Assembly: GCA_013265495.1 (NCBI GenBank) | Contig: MU058687.1 | Span: forward strand, 4,896,093 to 4,960,092 | From: Vicugna vicugna | Lineage: Eukaryota | Length of the DNA stretch: 64,000 nt | Reading direction: 5' to 3' | In this document: positions 1 to 12,919 of the stretch, piece after piece | Layout of the letters: each line of letters begins with the position of its first letter | Position numbering within the stretch: position 1 is the first letter of the stretch | Translations under genes and position numbers: made by a program | The notes under the pieces: model-generated | The model's input: the letters and a program-made list of their open reading frames with translations, nothing else | Told to the model about the DNA's origin: nothing | Databases searched by the model: none

Positions 1-559
1 ATAATGAGCTATCTCATAACAAGATCGTGCAGGCTGTAAAACCATGTTACAGTTTCAAGAGAGAGCAGCTCCTGAGTTAGCTGACAGTGGTTTTGTTTCT
101 TTCCATGTCACTTCGTTTCGAATTGAAAACAAACAAACAAAAAAGCTCACCCGACTCCTTCTCCATTGCGAGATTAACAGTGATGTACAGTGTTTTTCTC
201 ATCTTATTTTCTTAAAATAATATTTCCCATATCTTTCTGTATGTTACTCCGACCTATTGCAACCTCCCTCCGGATAATGCCCCCACTGGTGTCATGTGTG
301 TGCTGGGGTGTGAGGTCAGTTCACGTGGTGTTTCAGAGTCACTTGTTTCCTCTCTCTGCCAGATGAGAATTTAATAACTAAAGGTTGCCAAAGACAAAAC
401 CTTTACTGCTTAAACACACATTTAAGAAAAGATTTAGCCACTTTCTCTAAGAACTAGAAAATATTTGAAATTTAGAGATAAGCCCATTTTTTTTGGTAAC
501 TTTCTTTGAAATATACTTTTCTGTATTTGATCTTTATCCATTTCACATCGACTAGTATG

Positions 560-960
560 TATAATTCTTGAATGATCCCTAAATCGAACTTGTAACCATA
601 TTTTCAACTACCTCCCAGGTAGCTCTGCTGGAATTAACTTTTGGCATTTTATTGTGGCTCAAGTCGCTCACTTTCCTTTATTCCACATGCTACTTACCTC
701 CCCTGTACAGAGGCTGAGGGCTTCGGGGGTCAACTCTAACATCCCTCACCTTCAAACCAACGAGTAGCCAAGCCCTACTTAATCCACATCTGAAATGCAT
801 CTGGGATCCAGTTCTTGAGCCCTTCCATTTCTCACCAGGACTGTTACAGTAGCTTCTGAGCTGATACCTTAGAACTGCCTTCTCTCTAATGCATTATTCA
901 CAAGTTCCCCAAAATTATTTTCTTTAAAACAGAATGGTAACTTTGCTTCATTACAAGACT
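560..960 (+). mobile_element. Degraded L2 LINE fragment
   Basis: Pyrimidine-rich sequence resembling the L2 3' region (e.g. ccaggactgttacagtagcttctgagctg); boundaries approximate. Confidence 0.5.
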
Positions 961-1146
961 GTCAGGGCACTCCGTTGGCCAGAGGGCATGGGGAACAGTG
1001 AGCACCAACACACTCCGCCTCTTTATTGTAGAATTTCAACACCTGCTACGTCTTTTGAGCATCATTCTCTACTTTATCCCCTTCCGAGGCCTGAGCCGCA
1101 ACCACCCTTGTCTTATTGTTCCTTCATCTCTCCTGCTCTCTCAGGC

Positions 1147-1183
1147 GTGTGTGTGTGTGTGTGTGTGTCTGTGTGTGTGTGTG
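1147..1183. repeat. (GT)n microsatellite
   Basis: GT run with one ct interruption. Confidence 0.95.
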
Positions 1184-3521
1184 TTATTCTTCTACCTCAT
1201 TTTGACAGAAGGCCTACCTTGGATTACAAAAAAGCCTTGTTCACATTTTCCTTCTCTATGATGAAGGATATTTGTGTCTTTCTCTTTGATGAAGGATATT
1301 GGTGTTGTAAGATGCATAAAAACTAGATATTAATACCTAGTTTTTGTGTGTCTTATGGCACTTGTTACAATTAGATCCTCTTTTAGTCATTTTTTCAAAT
1401 TTTCCCCTTTTTGAGATGAGGTTGGGGCCCAAAGCTTCCTCATCTTTGGGTTTAATGAATATTTTGCACAGAGAAGATCAAATCATTGTTTCGGAAAAAA
1501 TCAGTTAAACAACTAATTGAAAATTTCTCCAGTTCATAAAAATTTAGTGAAAAGGGAAAAATGAATCGTCAGCCTTTACACTATGAGATATCTTCTTTCT
1601 ATACAGGTGTTAGAATAGTCTGCAGTGGAGGAGTGGGAGAGAGGAAATATAAATCAAAATGGAAAATTCTTAGACCAGTCTTATTTTCTATTTTTTTCCA
1701 ACTTTCTTCATACTCTCCGAAGTTCATTCCAAGAAAACTTTCCTGATAAGATGAAAGTGAGGTTTAAAATCCCACTCTAATCTAGCACGCCATTGGACTC
1801 TGGAAAACAAACAAACAAACAAAAACAGAACTGCTCCTCCTTTTGTATCTCAGAACTGAAACTTTCCCATTTTATCCCTTAAAAACATGACTTGATCTGC
1901 AGTCAGTGTGAAGCTACACAGTCTTTCCTTGTGGTCTGATGAGGTCTCAGCCTTTCCTCTGAAGTATCATTAACAGGCCGCTTGGGTGAGAATGGCCCAC
2001 ACTGGTGGGTCAGGGGAATTTCAGGGCTTTGCTCTCCACATGGTCACTTGGACTCCAAGCCTCGATAATCTCCATCTGGGGGCTCTGTCGTCAAGATGCC
2101 TGATGCTTGGATCTGTGTTAGGATGAGCTCTTAGAACACTATTTCAGAGAGTATTTTCATCAGAAACTTTGGTCAGATGCTCATTTTCTTAGGCGATATC
2201 CTGCATATTATCAAATGGTCTGAGAGGAGGAGTCCTGGGGTCTCACAGGATCCCGCCCAGGGCTTATTGGACTCTGCTTGGTCCTGCAGTCCTTGTACGT
2301 GCTGTCAAGAGACTGCAAAGCCTTGCTGGGCAGCATCGCTGGTACCACCCCCTTATGTGTGCCCAGGCTGCTGTCCCATTTGGCCAGCAGGAGGAGCAGG
2401 AGCATTTATTACCAAAAGGGATGGATCAAAAAGTATACAGGAGGATGCACACTGTTGAGTTCTTATTGGTTAATCGTGCCAGAATGATGGAGGGTCTCCA
2501 TGATTTTTCTTGTAGAAGGGGACTGTACTCAAGGCTTGCAGCTTTGTAGCAGTTGTCTGCTCTGGAATTAGCTAATGAGGCTCTCTTTGTCTGAGCTTTG
2601 GAAAACCTCCAAAACCCACTCGGGAGGGAAATTAACAAATGTCTTTTTTGTTACCTCCGGATAAATCTTCATGATGAAACGTGCAGCCATTCCAGCTCTT
2701 CAATCTTCTCCCTTCTTCCCCAGTGGACACTCAATTACCATGGAGGCCAGCAACTAAATAAATTAGTCGTGTAGAGATACCCTTATTCTTTGTTTAAAGA
2801 GAATAGCAGTAGAGAAAATTTTGAAAGTAAGGACTGGTTAGAAGTGGAGGTGGTAGTCAGTCTACAGGTGATATTCTAAATGTAAGTATTCATGCAAACA
2901 TTTCTGATCATTTCAACACCAGTTACTGATGTTAATATGTGATCACTAGCAGCTGCTTACATTGTCTGAGCAGGCAAATGTGGGAATTGTGGCAGTAAGC
3001 TGACTCATTTCAATTAGGATGGACCACCTCATAGGGTCACAGTTAGGTTTTTCTCTAATAGATCTCTGCATGAATTTGATTTTTACAAAGTAGTAGAAGT
3101 CTCTCATGGGCTTTTAAGTTTTTCTGGATTTTACTGATTTACGTTCATGTTGGCGTTTCCAATGAATGAATTTTCGACAGGTGCTTATTAAGTATCTCCT
3201 ATGGGTCATGTGACACCATATGATATTCTGATTATTAGGAGTGCCAAGATGTTTAACCCAGAGTCCATGGTTTTCGAGGAACTTGGTAGGACAGGGGAAA
3301 AAACTATAAAAACAAATGGTTACAGTCTAATATGTGTGTGTGTCAGTGTTGTAGGCATGCTGTGACACAAAGGAAATGGTTAGTTTGTACACACTTTGTG
3401 GAGTGTCCCTAGGGAAAACAGAGAGGAAGGAAGTTTTAGCGGAGACAGTTGGGTTACAGAGGCCTTGATGACTTGTGCTACAATAGGTAATCTAGTTTGG
3501 GGAATTTGCTTTGACAGAAGG

Positions 3522-3578
3522 GTTAAATACCCTTCATGCAACTTTTCCGCGTTAAATACCCTTCATGCAACTTTTCCG
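3522..3578. repeat. Tandem duplication of a 28-bp unit (period 29)
   Basis: gttaaatacccttcatgcaacttttccg occurs identically at 3522-3549 and 3551-3578. Confidence 0.95.
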
Positions 3579-6500
3579 TAAGGCATATATGGGTATGTTT
3601 ATGTGTGTGTATGCACATGTTCGTTTGTACTTGTGTATGTGTGTTTGTGTATGTTGGTACTGTATTATAGCAAAATATGTATCTATTTTTGAACTTAGCA
3701 ATCAAACACATTTGAATGTTATCCACATCAGTGATGGAAAGAGCAGAATTCAGAAAGCAGTATTTACGTACATTTTGCATACGTAATTTTATTTTTCTAA
3801 CCATTGATATAAAAAGTTTCTTCTACGAATCAACTGGGAAAAAATAGTCTTCCCAGACCAAAAAAAAAAAAAAAAAACCCACTTGAGTTGTAACAAAGAT
3901 AGCGTTCTTCCTGGCCTGTAATTCTAACACTTGGAAAAAGATAAATATTCAGCGTGTGTGACATTTCAATCCCAGAGAGACAGAGGAAACTGCGTAGATC
4001 CAGATGCAACATTCTAGCTCTTTTGGCTAGTGTAATTGAAGAAACCACTCTCTCCCACAGTGGACAGGAGAGAAATTCAGGATTTGCCTGTAACCTAATT
4101 TTTTTTTCCAGGAACACATATTTTCTGGTGAGAGAATAGCATTTAGATAAGTCAAGCAGAGGGAATAAACTTTTTCAAGACCACAGGGAAAGTAGTTGTT
4201 TGAATCACATGTTTAGATGTTAACCCACAATCCACAATCCAATCTTTCATAGTAGACTAGGCTCTATGATCCTGTAAATATTTTTCCCACTGTGGGATTA
4301 TATTTTAAGGCTGGTGAAATCTGATTTCATTGATAAACATTCCTGGATTTTTTTAAGTTTTCTTTTTTTTTTTTTTTTTGCAACCCAGTGCTTGTGTTTT
4401 GTCTCGACATTTGCTATAAAATCACTGTAGATGTAATCACAAAAGATTCTGGAAACAGCAAGATTCAAAATTTTGTACAAACGAAATAATTATTCTGGAG
4501 GAAATAATGGTGAAGAGGAGACTTTGGAGAATTTGGTGGGCTTGGGGTAAAATTACAGTCTGTTTTATCTTTCCTCATGTTTACATAATACTGTGAAATT
4601 TTAGGATTACATTTGGATTAGTGATAAATGAGTGATGGAGAGAGAAAGGGTTGGAGAAGTGACAGAAACTGGCAAAGGTATTAGAGATGGTGAATTGATT
4701 TTTCCAGCATTGATAGACATTGATTCCTGTTACCTTTTCTTTCTTCACTTCAAACAAATGAAAAGAAAACCAAAATATAGGCAGACTTCTCCTGCTAGAG
4801 CCCTTGATAGTAGCTACCTGGTATCCCCATTTTGTAGTGGAGACAAGAAGAGGCTTTCTGTGGATGAGGATTTGAATCTGATGCCCACGGATTTTAGCTG
4901 CTGCTTGCTCAACTGCCACTCTGCCCAGCGGTGGCTTGGTGACCAGCTGGCTGAGAGTGACTTAAGTTTCCTATATCACAGGGAAGTAGGTAAATGAATA
5001 AAAGTATGAAATAGAAATAGGATACAACTCCAAATATGTGTAAACTGGAAAACACCTCGTTTTATTGCTTGATTTTTTTTTCTTTATAGGCTTTTTAACA
5101 TACTTCATGTAAGAATGCTAGGGAACGTGTTGATAAAAGGTGTTTACTGATCTGCCATTTCCAATTTAGGACTCTTATCTCAAGACCCAATTCTAGGACC
5201 CTTATGCTTCCAAATGTTCTCTTGTATAATTCGGCTCCCAAGGCTCTTCCTCTCCTCTAGAGCCCTAGTTTTTATTGACTCAGTTCCTCAAAGAGAAGCA
5301 GGACATCATGATGAAAAGAAATTTGAACTGCAAGTCAGAAGACGTAGGTTCTCGTTCCTGAACTTTCTCACACACGTTTAGCCACATCATTCAACCCCTC
5401 AGTCTCCTCCACTATGACTCAGTGTGGTGAGTTTGTATGGGAAAGTGTCCACCACATGATACTAGAGCTAAGAGAGTTGCCCCAAAGGGTAATGATGGGT
5501 GTCCCAGGGATGTGCCAATGGGAAAACCATGATTAGCCCACACTCCAGACTGGGAGTGACTCATCCCACCAAAAGATTCAATATCCTTGCCACAATCACA
5601 AGAATAGAATGTCAATTTCTTCAGAGAAAACTCAGATGCAGGGCAGGATCCTAAGGCCACAGAATGAGCCTGTTGTGTAGAAGTTGGGGAAAGAAATCAA
5701 TTGATAGATTAATCAGTTTCTACTCACAGACCCTACTTTGATCATGTGGAGAGGAAAAGGCTATAATATTTATAATAAGGCTTGAAGCAAGAGGAGGTAT
5801 CCTGCCACATTCAACTAGAAAAATAAAACAAAGCAAAATAATCAACTCTGGCAAAACAAGTTGGGGGTTATCACTAGCTCTTTAGAGGGGAGGAAATAGA
5901 GGCTGAGAATTACTGGACATCCCTTATTGACCCCTGTATATTCCCATGTAGAGTGAATAGTGTATTTTTTTCTTCACAGTGTGGATTCAGTTGATTTCCA
6001 TTGATTTATATAGTCATCAGATGTTGAGCATACACTGTAAGCCAGCTACTTTCTAGCATTAGGAATGCCAAAGTGAATAACCCAGACGTGCTGTATAGCT
6101 TCATAGATCTTACTATGCTGAGCAATTTTGAGATAAAACTTAGAATGCACTACTAGTGTTACACACAGTATGTTGATGATGTGGACATGACCTGTTGGAG
6201 TCCAGATTCTGATTCCCAGGGAATGGAAAATTCAAAATGAAATAAAACAAATGCCAAGGGATGCATCACCCTGTAACGACTTCTTCTTACAGAAACATAA
6301 GTTATCTAGGTCCATTCCATGTTAGAAAGTACCGGGAGGCACCTAGTAAACTTCAGGTGGTGGCATTGGGTAATTTAACATGTGACATTGTCTGGCTGTT
6401 TACATTTTATGTTGGTATTGAACAGTTTGAGTCTTTGTAGCCTTTCGCTGCAGTTAAATGTAAAATCTTTAAAGGCAAGGATGAGAAAAATCGGACGGAA

Positions 6501-7153
6501 GAGGAAGTAAGTTTGTTGACCTCCTACTATGCGCTAGTCACAGCACTGAGCACTACACATTTGTTACTTCATTTAAATATGCAAGTTAGGAGGTATTTCT
6601 GATGTTCTTGGTATCTCAGCCACACTGCATATTATTTTGGATTTATAGGTGTTTCACACATATTTGTGTTGGTTGACTCAGTAATTCTAACTAGTTCTAA
6701 TCCAAGTAGATGTCATCTTTCCCAAAAGACTCATGTCCTTCCTTCCTAGGCATGATAGCTCTTCCTGAAGCAGCAGGGCAAAGAAGTGGTCATTACTGTA
6801 CTGAGATCATCTGTGTAGTGACTCGTTTCTCAAAGCCTCTGTGGAACTAAAGACAAGTACGATGCCCGTTCATCCTTTATGCCATGCATTCTGGACTGAA
6901 AGCTGCAAATGCTTGAAAATGGTATAACTTCCCCTTCTGGAGAGAGCCATTGACCAGTGGGATGTCCAGCAGCCCCAGCTAGTGTACGGGACCCTCTAGA
7001 AGGAGCTCAGTCAGCTGTTGGTTTGTTGGATTGCTACCTGGGGAAAGACCAGGTCACTTCACAATAGAATTGCTCAACTTTTAGAAGATCAGATTTAGGA
7101 TGCAGTTTCCATTAGTAATAACAATATTTTTTTTTCTTTTAAAAGCTGTAGGA

Positions 7154-7207
7154 TACACCAGAATCTAACACAACATTGTAAATCAACTATACTTCAATTT
7201 TTAAAAA
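7154..7207 (+). mobile_element. Extremely 5'-truncated L1 3' terminus
   Basis: tacaccagaatctaacacaacattgtaaatcaactatacttcaatttttaaaaa resembles the reverse complement of the L1 end at 23664-23715. It is flanked by an imperfect TSD aaaagctgtagga / agaaagtgtagga at a TTTT/AAAA site. Confidence 0.75.
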
Positions 7208-7519
7208 GATTTTAGAAAGTGTAGGAAGAGGAAAACCAATCCAAACACACGGACAGGTTCTTTGTGTTAAGGGAGATGGAAGTAAAATATTACAGAAAAT
7301 GCATATGGTACATGTTAAGTAAGAAAGGCAAAATACAAGTTGTTTATGATCTATAACTACGGAAAACTAACCAAACTAGGCACATATTATTTAAAGAGAT
7401 GTCATGTTGATCCAACTCTGTAGAGCGAATTGAGAGTGTTGGAAGTGGAGGAGGACTAGCCTGTAAGATAGTGCCACTGAGCACTGAGACAATTTCTTAT
7501 CTTTCAACAAGAATAATCG

Positions 7520-7722
7520 CTCAGTGGTTTAAAGTTTGGGATGTGCAGTTGTATCAGCTGAATGGAATCCTAGCTCCAGGAACAGCTGTATGACATTGAG
7601 AGAGTTGCACTTGCTTCATGTGCAACATGGGAAATAATGTGAGATCCAGATAAAGCGTATGTGGATCATGCGCGGTAAACTATACGGAATGCACTATGTG
7701 GGGAATAAGTAGTATCATCATT
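7520..7722 (+). mobile_element. MIR SINE
   Basis: gaatcctagctcc...agctgtatgacattgag resembles the MIR core. Confidence 0.6.
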
Positions 7723-8269
7723 TCTATGACATCGATTATTGAGGTGATTAGGAGTTTTTCAACTGTGTTAACATATAGCAAATTGAGCTGTGCTGTGAAA
7801 AAAATATGCCGTAGTTATAAATAGACAGGCACTGAACTTCGAGGCTATTACTTAAGACTGCATAAATCCACTGACATATCCAGAAACTCAAATGAATCAA
7901 TGCAGTGAAGATTCTGGATCCTTTTTTTTTCTTTTGCACTCCCTGTTTATCTTTTACCCTGTCGTCATTTCCCCCTGTATTTCTGGTTTGCGAGTGCTCA
8001 ATGATTGAACTAGGGTGCTGAGCTTTGCATGGGGGTTCTTGGACTTCCAGGGGGCTGCCCGGGACCCCTGGGCCACATGCTCCAAGGGGCTAAAGAGCTA
8101 CTCCAGGGACATCTCCCTTCTCTGTAGCACAATTATCTTTTTCTGATGACTACAAAGTCCAGGGTAAAAGAGAGTCACCCCAAAGCGGGCAAAATGATGG
8201 AAAAGTTGGGCAGTCTTTATGTAACCATGTGAAAGAAATTATCAATTTCCACCCAAAATCCATTTTCTC

Positions 8270-8762
8270 ATTTTGTTACTAGCAAATCCTCAATTTGATT
8301 TACAGTGACGATGCATGCAGCTTTAAAACAAAACAAACAGGAAAACATTTCCCAACCTTCCTAGCAGTTAAACAGGCATGTGACTTAAAGTTTGACCAGT
8401 GACATGTCTGCAAAAGTGTTCAGTGGTACAGGTAAAAAGTCTGCTTAGAGGCATCTGGTATATGTGCAAAGGACACCGCTTGCCTGTCTGGCTGCCTGGA
8501 TATGATGACTGGAGCCTCAGCATCCATACTGGATCATAAAGGAACTTTAGGGATGGAAGTCAGGTACTAGGAGCGATGGAACACAAAGATAAGAGAGAAA
8601 CACCTGGGTCTTACATGACTTTGTAGAAAATTCCATATTAGCCATAAACTACCTAATGCTGGACTTTTTAATGTGGGAGAATAAATCTTGTAGTGTTTAT
8701 ACCATTATATATATTTTTTGTGTCACTGTTATTCACACTGAACACAATTCCTAGTTACTACA
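8270..8762 (+). mobile_element. Old MaLR LTR (MLT1J/K-like)
   Basis: catttcccaaccttcctagcagtta..gcatgtgactta, gatgactggagcctcagcatccat, and a 3' end aataaa...ctgaacacaattcctagttactaca. Confidence 0.6.
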
Positions 8763-10539
8763 TATGTAAGCTCCGCTCAGGTCCTGATCAATCATCCTGC
8801 CTCCAGCAGGAAAGAGCTTAACTGCAAGCTGCCTCTCGTGCCTGTAAATGTTCCAAGTTTCAGAAAGTACATCGCTAGCTGCTCAGACACTGTGCTTGTT
8901 CAGCCTTGTTTAGCAAAACCACTTCCCAGCTCTAAGTAGCAAAGAGATAATACATGCTTGACTTAGCACTGGGTTCTCCTTTTACAAGGGTTGTACCAGT
9001 TAAGTCGGTATTGCCCAAAGATCTTTTAAAACCTCATATGGTCTCCAATTCTACCAAATCCTAAAAGAAACCAACCGACTGACTGACCAATGACTGTTTC
9101 ACTAAGCAATGCTCACACATACTTATTTCAACCAATATATGTTGATCACCTTTGTCTACCAAGAGCTAGGGTCACAGCACACAGTGATGAGCCAGAAACA
9201 GTTTTAAGTCTATCTTTCATTTCAGTCTAGCAGGAAACACACAAAACCAGAGCTGAAATCTACTGAGGGGCCAGTGCCAGGGATGCCTCTGCCATATACC
9301 ATGCAGCTCATCTAGCACTAGACTTAGTTGAAATCACTTTTTTCCCACGATGCTGGCATTTTAAGGCTTTCTCTCTGATAGATAGATGCATAGATAGATA
9401 TAAAGATACAGATATCAAAAGGCCCATGCTCTTTTTTCAGCTAGCAATTTGTGCCCAATTATCTGACGACATCAAAGATATCTGCTGCTGTCGTTAACCT
9501 GAGAAGGCAGTAAGTCCTCCAAAAAGGCAAGACTTGAAATCTGATAAAGAACACAGTGAGCAGATGAGAGATGCTTCAAGGCAGTTTACCTCTGAGACGA
9601 TTCTATTGAGACAGAACCCACATAGACACACATTTACTTATATACACACGCAGTGTTTGAAATAAGAATTTCCTTCAAGGAGAAGCACAAAGGCAACAGA
9701 AGTCCCAAGGTATGTTACTGTACTCAGAAGAGCTTACTGTTTACTTATTTATAAACATAAAGCAAAGCCCGATTAGTCTTTCGCTTAAGGAAGAGAGACG
9801 CAAGAGAAGAGAAGAAACGGTCTTGGATGGCCTTCATGAATTTTTTTCCCTCCATGTGAAGCAGAGGAACTCACTTTTAGTATTGGATTTTGTCTGGATT
9901 GTTCTACCCAGAGGCTGGCTCTGCAGAAGTCATGATCAGAGCATTTGATCTACCTCTGATCCATACAGTTCCCTCTCCTTCCCTCTGCTTCTCGCTCCTT
10001 GCTTTTCCCTCACCTCTTATCACACTGATTGCATGCAAAATTAATTATCAGTCCTGTCACATCTTCCACTGCTAACAGTGGTCAGTATTGAATTATGGGG
10101 AACGCGAACGCAATTTTCAGCAGCCTAATTGCTTCTCCTGTACCCAGTGAAACGTTACATTAAATACCCACGGCAAGCAGATTGTATTCGATTTCCATAA
10201 CAAACTGGTGGGATGTCATTACCGAAATCCCTACCATCTGGTCACATGACTCTTTCCTAACTGCTCTATCAGGCTGGTATTGGATAAAGCAATTCCCTTT
10301 CAAAGCAGCAGCTGCCCAGTGAGGTGTTATGTATCAAGTGGTCCACGGGAGTGAAATAGCTATGTTAAAACCAGACTGGTTCTTCTCTTTTGGAAGATGA
10401 GTGCCTGAAGTCTACAGTGCCTCACTCCATTCTAAGCAATTAGGAGTGCAGTGACAAAGGACTCCCAAGGCTGTCACAGTGCTGTCCCTAAAGATTACAA
10501 GAGATTGGCCCACAGTGATACATGACTAGTGCATTCTGT

Positions 10540-10815
10540 AGACATTGATTGAGAGCTTCTACTGTCCCATTCTCAGAAATCTCAGAGACTAGGTAGAAGG
10601 AAAGAAAAAAATATAAAAAATAACCATAATGAACTGTGTAATGTATACTGATGGATGCAGCTTTAAGGTAACCTAGAAACTTAGAAGGTACTGCAGTTGC
10701 AGAAGAGGACTGAGATAGTCACCAAATCTCGAAAGAGAACTTAACACTTGACTTGAGTAATGAAGGTTGAGTAGGAATTTGTTAGGCAGACATAGTGGAG
10801 AGGAGGATTTTAGAA
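10540..10815 (-). mobile_element. L2 fragment (resumes at about 11755-12100 after nested insertions)
   Basis: cattgattgagagcttctactgt and gacttgagtaatgaaggttgagtaggaatttgttaggcaga are typical of antisense L2. Confidence 0.6.
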
Positions 10816-10821
10816 AAAGTA

Positions 10822-10985
10822 ATACTAATAACTAGCATTTGTTTAGAGCTTAATTGTGTTACTCCTGGTTTGAAGCACATTCTACGTATTTAAAATTTTA
10901 ATCCTCATAGCAACCCTATAAGATGTTATGCTCATCTTATGAATGAGGAAGCTGAGGCAGTGAGAGATTATAAAACTAACCCAAC
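10822..10985 (-). mobile_element. MIR SINE, interrupted by ERVL (resumes at about 11711-11752)
   Basis: ttaatcctcatagcaaccctataagatg...atgaggaagctgaggcagtgagagatta is the antisense MIR core. Confidence 0.75.
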
Positions 10986-11414
10986 TATGATGGATACTTT
11001 TATATGTCAACTTGCCTGGCCATGAGGTGGACAGATTAAATGTTATGTCTGCATGTGTCTATATGGGTGTTTCTGGATGAGATTAATATTTGAATCACTG
11101 GACTCGGTAAAGTAGGTTGCCCAGTGTGGGTGTGCATCATCCAGTCCATTGGGGGAGGGCCTGAAAAAACAAAAAGCAGAGGAAGGGGGAATCTACCCTT
11201 TCCTGATTCTCAGACCTTTGGACCTGGACTGAGTTGCACTACTGTTTTTTCCTGGATCTCCAGCTGATGGATGACAGATCATAGGACTTCTCAGCCTCCA
11301 TGGTCATGTGAGCTAATTCCTTACAATAAAAATGAATAAATAAACCATGTGTATGTGTGTGTGCATGTGTATGGGTGTATATGTATGATTTATCTACAGA
11401 ACCTAACTAGTAGA
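10986..11414 (+). mobile_element. MLT2-family LTR (ERVL 5' LTR)
   Basis: Starts tatgatggatacttttatatgtcaacttg (MLT2-like start), contains gtttctggatgagattaatatttgaatc and ggacttctcagcctccat, has AATAAA at 11325 and 11335, and ends agaacctaactagtaga. Confidence 0.85.
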
Positions 11415-11711
11415 GATTTTGGTAACAAGAATGATTCTAGAGGAACAGATTTTTAAGGACAAGTTTTCTGAATTTGTTCTGGGGTTTCTCTAATCTGATT
11501 AGATTTAAAGATGCTAATGACCCTACTTGCAGTGGTAAAGAGAATGCTGATAGTCCATGGTGTGAACTATTTTATAGACAAACCTAAGATATATGCATTG
11601 GATATTCCTAACCAGCCCCTTATAAAAAGCAAGGAGCTAAGTGACTCGCTATATGATACTTTCAAATATTTTAGGAAAACTAAAAAATATAATGGCATCG
11701 GTTGGCTGTTA
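11415..11711 (+). mobile_element. ERVL internal remnant: primer-binding site and frameshifted gag 5' end
   Basis: gattttggtaacaagaatgattctagagg (ERVL PBS-like) directly follows the LTR. The translation SNLIRFKDANDPTCSGKENADSPWCELF, then after a frameshift ALDIPNQPLIKSKELSDSLYDTFKYFRKTKKYNGIGWLL, resembles the ERVL Gag N-terminus. Confidence 0.8.
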
Positions 11712-12829
11712 CACAGGCAATAAATAACAGAACAAGAATTAAGACCCGGCAATATGAAGAAGTGAAAGATGAGCAGAGAAGACAGATCTACATCATTAAG
11801 AGTCATATTGGTCATGCCAGGGAGGGTAGGGTTAATCTGTAGGCAAAGGGGAGCCAAAGAAAAGAAGTGACAAGGTCAGATTTGCATTTTAGAAATATTG
11901 TTGTGTAAAGGAGACAGGAGGAGTGATTAGAAGGAAGCCAGAACTGGAAACTGGGAGATCAAGGCTTTCATGTAGTCTAGGCGAGAAATGATGGATGAGA
12001 TGCTGAGTCATGGGAGCAGCATCCGGTATAAAGAGAGGAGATATGCAAGAAATATTTAAGGGGCCTTTGACACTACTTGGCAATAGATTGAAGCGATGGA
12101 TGTGCCATTAGAATCAGTGAATCTACTTTTCTGACCTCCTTTTCCTATCCCAAACCCATCAAGTATTTTGAAATAAGAAGCAAGGGGAAAAAAAAAGTTG
12201 AAAAAGAGGGAGAAAGGTTAAAAGAGATCAGACTTGAGAGGCAGAATGTAAAATGAGAGTATTCCAAAGAACTTTGTGAGCCTGAGAAATGTCCATAAAC
12301 TATTTGTGTATTCCATGGAATCGATGTGGATCAGCCATTGAAATTTCATAAAGCTATAGATTAGCTCAGGGCAGGTGTCAAGTCTAGAGAGTTTACTTTC
12401 TGAATACTCTAGCTCCCATGTTTTATAGATGAGGGAATGAGGCCTAGAGAGAGTGCAGTGACTTCTCTTGTTCCACTTAGCTAGTTTGTTACAGAGACAA
12501 AGCCATGCCTCCCATTTCTATTCGTTTTGGATCGTGACACCCTCAAGTAGTGGCCAGTTCCCTCCTCCCTGCCTGTGAATCCTTAAACAGCAACTCCTGA
12601 CCAAAAACGCCTTCGACACTTAGTTCTTATAGGGGACACTGCAGTGCACTGCCCAGATCCCTCCTCATTTCAACCCTACGATCCACATACTCAGCTCTAG
12701 AAGTGTTGGCTGCTGACTGCTCTCATCTGGGTACCTCTCCAAGAGTTGCTCTCTGCTGAAGGAAGTTACCTGTCTTAAGATTATACTAAAATTAAAAGAA
12801 AACAAAACAAAACAAAAAACAAAAAAACC

Positions 12830-12906
12830 TACAGCTGAAACCAACACAACATTGTAAATCACAATCACAAGTAAATTACAAATTTTACTTCAATTTAAAA
12901 AAAAAA
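12830..12906 (+). mobile_element. Short L1 3'-terminal fragment with A tail
   Basis: tacagctgaaaccaacacaacattgtaaatca...tacttcaatttaaaaaaaaaa, the same motif as at 7154-7207. Confidence 0.65.
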
Positions 12907-12919
12907 CTTTGTACAGAGG

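Noticed and set aside
934..1326. 130-aa ORF with a CVCVCV run (likewise the ORFs at 22518-22814 and 3565-3786)
   Set aside because: The low-complexity translation comes from GT microsatellites.
3522..3578. CRISPR-like direct repeats
   Set aside because: Only two adjacent copies with no spacer, in a mammalian intron with no cas genes.
4143..4156. 14-mer ttagataagtcaag repeated near 40938
   Set aside because: Several 13-14-mer matches are expected by chance in 64 kb of AT-rich DNA, and the flanks do not align further.
11511..11723. 70-aa ORF as a domesticated gag gene
   Set aside because: It is a frameshifted, truncated ERVL gag remnant and the upstream part lies in another frame.
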